A stretch of 64,000 nucleotides of DNA from contig CAYWPF010000081.1 in NCBI GenBank assembly GCA_964460065.1, positions 837-64,836 on the forward strand, in the 5' to 3' direction. Of this stretch, positions 22,076 to 31,900 are shown one piece after another. The first letter of the stretch is position 1. Every line of letters starts with the position of its first letter. The notes under the pieces are model-generated. The model had not been told where the DNA came from. It did not search any database and was given only the letters and a program-made list of their open reading frames with translations. Both the position numbers and the translations under genes were made by a program. This DNA comes from an uncultured Enterobacteriaceae bacterium (GTDB taxonomy: Bacteria; Desulfobacterota; Binatia; Bin18).

Positions 22076-23254
22076 ATGGGCGGTGCGGTTTTTCGGTTCG
22101 GCCTTACCGGCATGTTCCTTATAATGCTGACGGTGGTGGCAGATGGAGCCTCACCGCCGCAGGCAGCGATTGAGGAAATACGCTACACCTCGGTTCAAAA
22201 CTACACACGTGTAATCATTACGCTGTCCGATCGTGCCGCCTTTGAGCACTTTAGAATACCGGCTGACGAAACGCTTGGTCGGCCCCCCCGTCTAGTTGTC
22301 GACTTCGCCCCGGCCCGACTTATATCTAATACACGAGATCCTATCCCGGTGAATGACGGCTTATTGAAGCGAATCCGGACAGGACAGTTCTCGCCGACGA
22401 AAGCACGTGTAGTCTTGGATTTGGAGGCTATTGAGAGTTATACTGCTTTCCCCCTGTATTCGCCCTACCGTCTTATTATTGACGTAAAAGGTCAAGATAA
22501 GATAGACCGTACCATCGTAAAACCCCGCCCGGAAGACGGTGATACCTCAGCGAGAAAGTATACTATAATGATCGACCCGGGGCATGGCGGCCGTGATCCG
22601 GGCGCCGTGGGAATGGGAGGTCTAAAGGAAAAAACGGTCGTCTTAGCCGTTAGTAAAAAGCTCGGCAATAAATTGGAGGCACGATTACCTGTCAGAGTCC
22701 TTTACACCCGAACACGCGATACTTTTGTGGCTCTGCCAGAGCGCACGGCAAAAGCCAATGCCGCGGGCGCCGACTTGTTTCTTTCGATCCACGCCAACGC
22801 CAGTGATAATCATCGGGCACAGGGTGTAGAAACGTACTATTTAAACAACACTGACGACCGGGCAACAATCAGGCTCGCTAGCCTAGAGAACGGTCTAAGA
22901 CATGTAAAAAGGAATGATTCGGGACAAAGTGAACTATCAGTAATCCTGAGCGATCTAATTCAGAACAGCAAAGTTCAAGAGTCTCTCGCTCTTGCTCAAA
23001 ATCTGCAACGCTCTATGATGGACCAGATTTCCAGAAGACACACTAGAGCCAAAAATCTGGGCGTCAAGAAGGGGCCTTTCTATGTCCTTGTCGGAGCTCA
23101 TATGCCTTGTGTATTAGCCGAGATTTCTTTCCTCACGCACCGCGTCCAAGGGAGGCTCCTGCGTACCTCAGCCTATCGCGAAGCCATAGCAGAAGGGCTA
23201 TTTCAAGGAATTGCAAAATTCATCGAGGAACGGGAAAGAATTGACAGCCTTTAA
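22076..23254 (+). CDS. amiC: N-acetylmuramoyl-L-alanine amidase (AMIN plus Amidase_3 domains)
   Basis: Signal peptide; RLVVDF and R.GQF....ARVVLDL AMIN domain; IDPGHGG.DPGA, E, SIHAN, E zinc ligands. Confidence 0.88.
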   Translation: MGGAVFRFGLTGMFLIMLTVVADGASPPQAAIEEIRYTSVQNYTRVIITLSDRAAFEHFRIPADETLGRPPRLVVDFAPARLISNTRDPIPVNDGLLKRIRTGQFSPTKARVVLDLEAIESYTAFPLYSPYRLIIDVKGQDKIDRTIVKPRPEDGDTSARKYTIMIDPGHGGRDPGAVGMGGLKEKTVVLAVSKKLGNKLEARLPVRVLYTRTRDTFVALPERTAKANAAGADLFLSIHANASDNHRAQGVETYYLNNTDDRATIRLASLENGLRHVKRNDSGQSELSVILSDLIQNSKVQESLALAQNLQRSMMDQISRRHTRAKNLGVKKGPFYVLVGAHMPCVLAEISFLTHRVQGRLLRTSAYREAIAEGLFQGIAKFIEERERIDSL

Positions 23255-23286
23255 AACCAGACGCTTTTTAGGACACCTAGTGCGGC

Positions 23287-26004
23287 ATGGATAGTTTGCC
23301 TTTATCAGCCTCGAATTTCTCATTTGAACTTCCCCCTTTGCCGTCGGCGGATCCTGATGTTGCGCTGGGCAGCGATTGGGACCTCAAGACTCTAGCCCAT
23401 ACCTATAGAACGCACGTATACAAGGCGTTAGAGCAGCAACAAGCATTGCACCGCAGCGGACGATCTCTCGTGCTGCTACACACACAGCTAATCGACCGAT
23501 TTGTTCGCTACGTTTTTGCCGCTGGGATTCGGCTTTACGCCCGCCGCTACACCAGTCTGAGTCAACGGTGTTGCCTGTTTGCCGTTGGTGGCTATGGACG
23601 GACCGAGCTAAGTCCTCACTCCGACATCGATTTGCTGTTTCTTTATCATTGGAAAATTACTCCGTTTGCCGAAACTCTCTGGGAAACCATTTACTATTGC
23701 CTGATGGACGCCGGTTGGAAGGTTGGCCACGCCGTACGCAATATCAGAGAGTGCATTCGGCACGCGAACAAAGACACGGAGATCAAAACCACCCTCCTTG
23801 ATAGTCGGTATCTATGCGGCGACAATTCTCTGTCGAACGAGTTCGAAATCAATATCGCGCGAGACGTTGTACGCATTGGCGGTGCAGAGTTCATTCGACG
23901 CAAGCAAAGTGAACTCTTAGCCCGCCACGGCCGTCACGGCGACTCCCTCTACCTCCTCGAGCCGAACGTTAAAGAAGGTTGTGGCGGGCTAAGAGACTTG
24001 CATACGGCATGGTGGCTAGCAAAAGTGAATTTCGATTCACCAAATCTTCGCGCTCTTTCGGCTGTCGGTGTGGTTCGAGAAGAAGCCCTGATCACCGTGG
24101 AGGCAGCCCAAGATTTTCTCTGGAGAGTTCGCGGTGCCTTGCACCTGCTCGAACAATCCGGCCAGGACACGCTGACATTTGAGCGCCAGGATCATATCGC
24201 TCCTCGACTAGGATTCGATGATGCGGCCGATCTTATGCGCACATATTACCGCCATGTGACTACTATTCACGACTTTGCACAGGTCGTTCTCGAGAAATGT
24301 CTTATACCTACGAGAACCCTCAGGTTTCTGAATAGACCCCGACGTCGGGAATTGCGCAACGGGATCAGCATCATTGAGGAATCATTACAGCTAACAAAGC
24401 CGGAAATTCTTCGGGAGGATCCAACTAACTTTGTTACGATGTTCCGTGATGCACAGATTCACGGCCTATCGTTTACGCGAGACACTAAGGAGGCCGTAGA
24501 AAGGGCGTTGAATTTCACCCCGGAACTAACCGCGTTGAATCCCACGATACGAGACGTCTTCTTATCTATCCTTTCGAATAAACGCGGCGTAGCACCTATC
24601 ATCAGATCGATGCACGAACTCGGTGTCCTGTCTTGGCTCCTTCCAGAGTTTGGTCATCTAAAGTGGCACACCCAGCGGGACCTTTACCACATTTACGCTA
24701 TAGATGAGCACACTCTGCATGGAATGCGCGAGCTCGATCGACTGCGAGACGGAGATTATAAAGAAACTCTGCCTCTTTTAACTCAAGTAATGAGAGAGAT
24801 CGACCGTACCGATCTTCTTTTTCTCGCCATGCTTTTTCATGACGTCGGTAAGGGTTTTGGCGTCGAACATTCAGAGCAAAGCGCAAGTTTTGTAACGCGC
24901 GCCGCGAAACGCTGGCAGATGTCGGGCGATGACGCGCATGAATGGGGTGTGCTTGTCCGACAGCATCTCTTCATGTCCCATATTGCGCAACGCCGTGATC
25001 TTTCGGACGATGCACAAATTGCAGATTTCGCGCGGGCAGTCGAAAATCCTGGCTGTTTGAAACGGCTATATCTATTGACGTTTGCCGACATGAAGGCTGT
25101 TGGACCAAAAGTTTGGAACAGTTGGAAGGCCTCCCTCTTGGAAGAGCTGTATTTACGCACGCTAGAACGCTTCGAGAAGGGCGTTTCTGTAGAGGAAGAC
25201 CAGGTCGCCAGAGTCAAGCGCAGAAAATCCCGCATAGCCCGAAGCCTTTCAGGAAGGGGAGAAGCCCATAAAATTACTAGTTTTATAGAATCCATGCCGG
25301 ACCGGTATTTTCTCACTACCCCTGAAAAAGCGATTCCGGAACACTTCCACCTCATCAATAAATTCGAAACTCAATCCTCGGATAAGGCCCAAGAGCCGTT
25401 CGGCGCTCTTTTAAAACATTTCGAGGACCATGAATACAGCGAACTCACTTTGGTTACAATTGACCGACGCGGACTGTTCTCCATGCTTGCAGGCGTCCTG
25501 GCAGCGAGTGGTCTGAGCATTTCTGGCGCGCGCATGGCGATTGGGCCGACGGACGTCGCCTTAGGGGTGTTCCGCTTGCCCCACTTGGAACGTCAAGAAT
25601 TAATTCTGTCAGAAAGTGTCTGGAACCGTTTCTACACGCGCCTTGGTTCTGTCCTAAGGGGAGAACAAACAGCTCAGGAGCTGGTCGAGGCAACAAAGTC
25701 ACCGGCCTTTCTCAGGCAACAGAAGGGCCGCGGAAAGATAGACATCAGGATCGACAATGCAACCTCACCAACATACACTCTGATAGACATCACCGCATTC
25801 GATCGGGTGGGACTCCTCTTCGACGTAACGCAAAGCCTGTTAGAATTGAACCTGTCAATTCACCTCTCCAAAATTACAACGAACGTAGAACATGTTCTTG
25901 ATGTTTTCTACGTAACTGACCAAAAAGGCGCGAAAGTCTACAACACGGACGAAATAACGAGCACCCTACAAGCCCGTCTCCTGGCCAGTGAACAAGCCGC
26001 ATGA
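23287..26004 (+). CDS. glnD: [Protein-PII] uridylyltransferase
   Basis: AVGGYGR.EL.P.SDIDLL, LEPNVKE..GGLRDLH, YH.Y.IDEH, HDVGKG HD domain, two C-terminal ACT domains. Confidence 0.95.
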   Translation: MDSLPLSASNFSFELPPLPSADPDVALGSDWDLKTLAHTYRTHVYKALEQQQALHRSGRSLVLLHTQLIDRFVRYVFAAGIRLYARRYTSLSQRCCLFAVGGYGRTELSPHSDIDLLFLYHWKITPFAETLWETIYYCLMDAGWKVGHAVRNIRECIRHANKDTEIKTTLLDSRYLCGDNSLSNEFEINIARDVVRIGGAEFIRRKQSELLARHGRHGDSLYLLEPNVKEGCGGLRDLHTAWWLAKVNFDSPNLRALSAVGVVREEALITVEAAQDFLWRVRGALHLLEQSGQDTLTFERQDHIAPRLGFDDAADLMRTYYRHVTTIHDFAQVVLEKCLIPTRTLRFLNRPRRRELRNGISIIEESLQLTKPEILREDPTNFVTMFRDAQIHGLSFTRDTKEAVERALNFTPELTALNPTIRDVFLSILSNKRGVAPIIRSMHELGVLSWLLPEFGHLKWHTQRDLYHIYAIDEHTLHGMRELDRLRDGDYKETLPLLTQVMREIDRTDLLFLAMLFHDVGKGFGVEHSEQSASFVTRAAKRWQMSGDDAHEWGVLVRQHLFMSHIAQRRDLSDDAQIADFARAVENPGCLKRLYLLTFADMKAVGPKVWNSWKASLLEELYLRTLERFEKGVSVEEDQVARVKRRKSRIARSLSGRGEAHKITSFIESMPDRYFLTTPEKAIPEHFHLINKFETQSSDKAQEPFGALLKHFEDHEYSELTLVTIDRRGLFSMLAGVLAASGLSISGARMAIGPTDVALGVFRLPHLERQELILSESVWNRFYTRLGSVLRGEQTAQELVEATKSPAFLRQQKGRGKIDIRIDNATSPTYTLIDITAFDRVGLLFDVTQSLLELNLSIHLSKITTNVEHVLDVFYVTDQKGAKVYNTDEITSTLQARLLASEQAA

Positions 26005-26933
26005 AACAAGAACTAAGAAAAGACGAGAAGAGGCCTCAGCCGAAGGACCCCACCCTGCACGACTTTGTGGTACACCTTACGGTTGAGAAAGGCCTTACAC
26101 AAAGTACTGTGCAGGTGTATGTAAGAGATCTCAAGCGCCTTCAGCGCCACCTAAAGACGCAGGGTATTTTGGGCTTCGAAGAGGCGGGGTCGCGCCATAT
26201 CGTAGAATTTTTGCAGCTCTTGCGTGAAGAAGGCATCTCCGCCCGCACTCAATCGCGTGTACTCACAGCTATAAGAGGTCTTTACCGCTTTCTGCATCGC
26301 GAGGGGAAAATTGCGGGGACAACTCCTACCGCAATGTTGGGCCTGCCCAAATTTGGACAAACCCTTCCGCATGTACCCTCACGACAAGCCGTGGAAAGCA
26401 TTATTGATGTCGCTAACCCTAAAACCGCCTTGGATTTCCGGAACATAACGATGATCGAGATTCTGTACGCGGCAGGTTTACGAGTCTCAGAACTAACTCT
26501 GTTAAAGGTATCTCAAGTCAACCGAGAGGCTGGATTTGTCAGAGTGCTTGGCAAAGGCAACAGGGAACGGGTCGTGCCGCTTGGGTCAAAAGCGCTAAAA
26601 CGGCTACAGGAATACATGCAAGTAGTTCGTCCGAATCTTGCCGGTCCAGATGGTAGCGACTACGTTTTTTTGACCCGCTCCGGGAAACCACTAACCAGAC
26701 AAGCATTTTGGTCAGTGATAAAAAGTTGTTCGAACAAGCAAGCGAACGGCGCTTCGCTTTACCCCCACGCCTTCAGGCATGCCTTCGCCACCCACCTGCT
26801 AGAGGGAGGAGCCGATCTGCGGGCTGTTCAGTCTATGTTGGGCCACGCCGACATAGCTACGACTCAAATTTACACCCACGTCGCCAACAAACGGTTACGG
26901 GAAGTACACCGCAAATTTCATCCCAGAGGCTGA
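26001..26933 (+). CDS. xerD: Site-specific tyrosine recombinase XerD
   Basis: LYAAGLRVSEL, GKG..ER.VP, TRQ.FW, PH.FRH.FATHLL.GGADLR.VQ.MLGHADI.TTQIYTHV, C-terminal HPR. Confidence 0.92.
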   Translation: MKQELRKDEKRPQPKDPTLHDFVVHLTVEKGLTQSTVQVYVRDLKRLQRHLKTQGILGFEEAGSRHIVEFLQLLREEGISARTQSRVLTAIRGLYRFLHREGKIAGTTPTAMLGLPKFGQTLPHVPSRQAVESIIDVANPKTALDFRNITMIEILYAAGLRVSELTLLKVSQVNREAGFVRVLGKGNRERVVPLGSKALKRLQEYMQVVRPNLAGPDGSDYVFLTRSGKPLTRQAFWSVIKSCSNKQANGASLYPHAFRHAFATHLLEGGADLRAVQSMLGHADIATTQIYTHVANKRLREVHRKFHPRG

Positions 26934-26993
26934 GACAGGTTAAATTACCTGTGCCTAGCCTCTCTTTAGTAGCCGGCCCGAACGCTTTGGCTT

Positions 26994-27992
26994 TTAATCT
27001 TTTTCGGCTGCTTGGAGCGCAGTAGTCTCCAATATCTTGTTCGACGCCGAATACGAATCGAGCGTTCCTGCGGCGACCGCGTCAAAATAGACCGACAAAC
27101 GCGGATCACTCTGGGCCGTTTCGGTTAAGCGTTTGCGGACCTGGTATTCCACCCGGGAAATGAGCTCCTCGCGCCTTCGTGCCGAACGACGCCTCTCGAG
27201 AAGGCCAGATTCAACCGAATGGAGTTGGTGTTCCCTGATCGTGTCGAAAAGTTCCGGCACACCCGTCCCGTTTATCGCCTCCGTAGCCAACACCGGGATT
27301 CGCCATTGGTCGTGCAACGCTCCGTCGGGCGTCTTACTGCTGTACTTCAACTCAAGCATCAAACTTAATTCCGTCATCATGCGCTGTGAGCCGTCGCGAT
27401 CGGCTTTATTAACGACAAAGATATCCGCTATCTCCATGAGCCCGGCTTTCATCACCTGGACGCCATCTCCCGCTTCTGGAACTAAAGCGACCAACACACT
27501 GTCCGTCATGCCCATTACATCCAACTCGGTTTGTCCGACACCCACTGTCTCAACAATAATGTAATCAATCCCTCCAGCATCCATGAGCTTGATCACGTCC
27601 TTCGTCGCTCTGGCAAGTCCTCCATGGCTTCCCCGCGTCGCCATGCTTCGGATGAAAACGCCCTTGTCCAAGTAATGTTTCGTCATTCGTATGCGGTCGC
27701 CTAACAGCGCTCCTCCGGTAAATGGACTCGACGGATCAATAGCAATCACTCCTACGGTTTTCCCACAACCCCGCATAAGTGTGATGAGGCCATCAACCAG
27801 GCTCGACTTCCCGGCGCCTGGCGGGCCAGTGACGCCCACGGAAAAAGCATGGCCTTGTTTTTTGGCTATTGCCCGCAATATCTCTCCAAGGACGTCGCTT
27901 TCTCGTTCCACTAGAGTCATTGCTCTCGCTAGGGCGCGCGTGTCTCCGGACATCATTCTCTGTAACAACTCTTTAAGTTTTTCTCGTACCAT
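26994..27992 (-). CDS. meaB: MeaB/ArgK-family GTPase (B12-mutase chaperone)
   Basis: GPPGAGKS, DPSSPFTGGALLGDRIRM, ETVGVGQ.E, K.GLMEIAD..VVNKAD. Confidence 0.93.
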   Translation of the reverse strand: MVREKLKELLQRMMSGDTRALARAMTLVERESDVLGEILRAIAKKQGHAFSVGVTGPPGAGKSSLVDGLITLMRGCGKTVGVIAIDPSSPFTGGALLGDRIRMTKHYLDKGVFIRSMATRGSHGGLARATKDVIKLMDAGGIDYIIVETVGVGQTELDVMGMTDSVLVALVPEAGDGVQVMKAGLMEIADIFVVNKADRDGSQRMMTELSLMLELKYSSKTPDGALHDQWRIPVLATEAINGTGVPELFDTIREHQLHSVESGLLERRRSARRREELISRVEYQVRKRLTETAQSDPRLSVYFDAVAAGTLDSYSASNKILETTALQAAEKD

Positions 27993-28108
27993 TATGGAGC
28001 TCTCTCGCTTCCTCTCGTTTATATACCGGATGCTACTGTTAAAGTCATTCCAGCTTGATATCCTTGTAACGGAAGCGACACCGACATTATCTAAATAACG
28101 AGGACAAG

Positions 28109-28885
28109 ATGGAATGGGACACCCTGACGGTCACGGAGTCAAACGACGTAGCCTTTCTGACGCTAGACAGGGCTGCTTCTTTGAATGCCGTTAATGAACA
28201 ACTTACCAATGACATTGAGAAGGCCTGTCAACTGGTCAGCGAACACACCCATATCCAAGTAGTGGTGGTAGCAGGGGAGGGACGCGCCTTTTGTTCAGGG
28301 ATGGATCTCAAAGCGGCCGCCATGCGTGCGCCAGGCAGCGAGGCGGCCGCTGCGGTCTGGGAACCTTGGCAGCGTGCACTAGACATCCTAGAACAAATGG
28401 ACGCGCTGACTATCGCTTCTATTCACGGTGCCTGCTTGGGGGCCGGGTTCGAATTAGCTCTTGCATGCGATTTTCGACTAGCAACGGAAAACTCCTTTTT
28501 TTCGCTTCCACAAGTTCTGTACGGCGCGCCTCCAGATACTACCCAGACGTACAAGCTAGCGCAGCTTGTCGGTACCGCTAAAGCGAAGGAAATAATAATC
28601 CTAGGACAACGGTTCGATGCTGCAGAGGCCCTAAATTGGGGGTTGTTAAATAAAGTAGTCACCTCAGAAGATTTGCCCAAGGAGAGGAATGCTTTGATAG
28701 AGCGTTGTAAAAAAGTTTCCGGGCGCGCCGCGGCGGTGACAAAAAGTCTGCTTAATCGTTCCTGGTCTCTCAATAGCTCAGATTGGCCGGAGGTAATATC
28801 GAAGGCCCGCGCCGCAGCATTAGAGGCGCCAGATTTTGCCGAATCCATGCGTCTCTATCGGGAGAAACGAAAACCTCGCGTGTAA
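28109..28885 (+). CDS. Enoyl-CoA hydratase/isomerase (crotonase) family protein
   Basis: GRAFCSGMDL, G.CLGAGFELALACDFR, A.EA..WGL.N. Confidence 0.88.
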   Translation: MEWDTLTVTESNDVAFLTLDRAASLNAVNEQLTNDIEKACQLVSEHTHIQVVVVAGEGRAFCSGMDLKAAAMRAPGSEAAAAVWEPWQRALDILEQMDALTIASIHGACLGAGFELALACDFRLATENSFFSLPQVLYGAPPDTTQTYKLAQLVGTAKAKEIIILGQRFDAAEALNWGLLNKVVTSEDLPKERNALIERCKKVSGRAAAVTKSLLNRSWSLNSSDWPEVISKARAAALEAPDFAESMRLYREKRKPRV

Positions 28886-28978
28886 CAAACTGCTACTATT
28901 TATATTAGGAGAGGTCTCTAGCCGGCAAGGAAAAAAAGCTTAGCCCGGGTGTTCGAGAATATGGACTTCTTGCTACAA

Positions 28979-31900
28979 TTAGCTGGCGCCGCCGGCCATA
29001 TGGTCTCTCAGGTACCGCGCGGTATGAGACTTCCGCCATTTGCGCATCAATTGTTTCGGCGTCCCCCTTGCCACAACGCTACCCCCGCCCGCTCCCCCTT
29101 CGGGGCCAAGATCAATGATATAATCTGCCTCCTTCAGTATATCGAGGTTATGTTCGATCGTCACAACAGTATTACCAGCATCGACCAGACTATGAAGCGC
29201 ATATATCAATTTTTCAATATCGGCAAAATGGAGCCCCGTGGTAGGCTCATCCAGGACGTACAAAGTCTTTCTCCTGGACGATCTGGATAGTTCGGATGCC
29301 AATTTAATGCGTTGGGCTTCACCGCCAGAAAGTGTGTTACTCGCTTGGCCCAAGCGGATATACCCCATACCAATGTCATTTAGCAGCCTAAGTGGCCCAG
29401 CGATTCTACCAACATCGCCAAAAAAGACTGTCGCCTCCGCGATTGTAAGTTCAAGAACTTCTGCGATGTTCTTCCCATTATACGCGATATCCCTGGTTTC
29501 ATTATTGTACCGGGCCCCGCCACAGAGATCGCACGTGACATACACATCTGGAAGAAAACTCATTTCCATCTTAATCCTTCCCTGACCCGTGCAAGTCTCG
29601 CAACGGCCGCCCTTAACATTAAAAGAAAAGCGGCCAGGTTTGTAACCTCTTAAACGCGCCTCCGGCAACAACGAAAACAGTTTTCTGACTTCATCCCAAA
29701 ATCCCACGTAGGACGCCGGTATCGAACGCGGCGTTTTGCCTATAGGAGATTGGTCAACCTCAATTACCCTTTCCACAGCTGTCGCATTTTCTATAAGGCT
29801 GTGAAGTCCGACGGTACGCACATGTAACCCGAGCTGACGACGCAGCGCGTTTACCAACACTTCCTGTACCAAAGTACTTTTACCGGAACCCGAGACTCCC
29901 GAAACACAGACCCACGTTCCGAGAGGAAACTCCGCATCTATATTTTTCAAGTTGTTAGCACGCACCCCACGAACGCATAGTTTCGTTCGGTTCTTGATGC
30001 CACGGACAGGTCCAAGACGAGAGTGGGCCGCCGAAAGAAACCGCCCAGTCAATGACTCCGCATTCATCCGAATCTCCTCAGGGGTACCGACCGCCACAAT
30101 CTCGCCACCTTCAGAGCCTGCACCCGGCCCAAGGTCTATGACAACGTCTGCGTTGTCGATCGTCTGCTCGTCGTGCTCGACCACCAAGACCGAATTGCCA
30201 CGTTGCTGCAAGTTTCTGAGGGTTTCTATAAGCCTTGCGTTGTCCCGCGGGTGCAAGCCAATAGTAGGTTCGTCTAGAATGTAACAAACGCCACACAAGT
30301 TCGAGCCGAGCTGCGCGGCTAGCCTAATTCGCTGGGCCTCACCGCCGGAGAGTGTATCCGCACGCCTATCCAAGGAAAGGTACGATAAGCCGACACGCTG
30401 CAAAAATTCTAACCGTGGGATTATCTCCCTCAAGATGGGATCTCCAATAATTCTATCTCGCGTGGAAAGGTCCAGGTCAGCAACACGATTTAGACAATCT
30501 GCCGCGGCTTCGCTCATCAATTCTGGAAAAGATTGTCCGGACAATCTAACAGCCCTCGCGCGCGGATTTAACCGAGTGCCGTCACAACCAGGGCAAGCGG
30601 ATTCCCCCATGAACCGCGTTAGCGAATCTTCCTTTCCTGGTCCATCCCCAAACCCAAGCAATCCGTGGAGGACCGCCAATACTCCCCAGTGCTTTTCCTT
30701 CTCACCGTAGACAACGCGAAACCGCTGTTCTTCTGTCAGTTCGCCAAACGGCCTATCCAGAGGAACCCCCACCTTCTTAAGTTTACGCAAGAGTGCATTC
30801 TTTTCTTCTCGGAAGTCCTTCTTTCCGAGCGGCAGGAGAGCATCTTCTAGCAAGGATTTCTTCGGATCCGGGACGATAAGATCCACTTGGAATTCCCACA
30901 GCGTTCCAGTACCCATACATTCTGCGCAGGCCCCTTGGCGGCTATTGAACGAAAACAATCTAGGGTCAAGTTCCTCGAACCCCAAACCACATTTTTCGCA
31001 GAACAAATGTTCACTGAAGGTCCGCTCTTGGTCACCCACCAGGTGGACAGCGCCGTTTCCCACTGTCAGCGCGGCCTGCATCAACGCTTCCGTAGCACCC
31101 ACGTCATCCGATACCGACGTAGTGCCTACCAGGATATCAATGTCGTGTTCCTTATATCTTTGCAAACTCATGCCCGGCTCCAAAAACTTTGGCTCGCCGT
31201 CCACTCTTGCCTGTTTGTATCCGAGCCTCCGCGCCGCATCCAAAGTATCCTTGTGAAGTCCTTTCCGACCTCGGACGACAGGGGCGTAAAAGGCGGTTTG
31301 TTGGTTCCGAAACTCTCTGTTTATCCGCGTCAGTATCTGACTTCTACTTTGGGATACCAGCGGCTCTTGACAACGCGTACAATGCTGAACGCCAATTTTT
31401 GCGTATAGAAGACGCAGGTAATGGGAAATTTCCGTCACTGTTGCTACCGTGGAGTTGCGACCGCCCCGACTCATCCTCTGCTCTATCGCAACCGTAGGAG
31501 GTATCCCCGTTAACAAATCGACGTTCGGCCGAGCGAGCACCTTGAGAAACTGCCTTGCGTAAGCAGACAAGCTATCTATATAACGCCGCTGACCCTCGGC
31601 ATACACGAGATCGAAGACAAGGGTCGACTTACCTGACCCCGACAATCCTGTGACTGCAACTATCTGATTTCGTGGGATTTCAACGTTTACATTTTTGAGG
31701 TTATGTTCCTTAGCCCCTACAACAGAGATGGTTTCGCCTTTTTCTGGAACCAAAACGCGCGAGGATTCGCCATCTCCGGCGGGCTTCAAATGAGACTCGC
31801 CGGCCGTATCTAATACCTGGATTAAGTAACGCCCCGTATGCGACGCTTTAATTTTAGAGACTTCTTCGGGTGTGCCTTGTGCGACAATCGCGCCACCTCC

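Noticed and set aside
26001-26933. Tyrosine recombinase as a prophage or island integrase
   Set aside because: It has XerD-specific motifs, is coupled to glnD in a housekeeping operon, and has no att repeats, tRNA or phage genes nearby.
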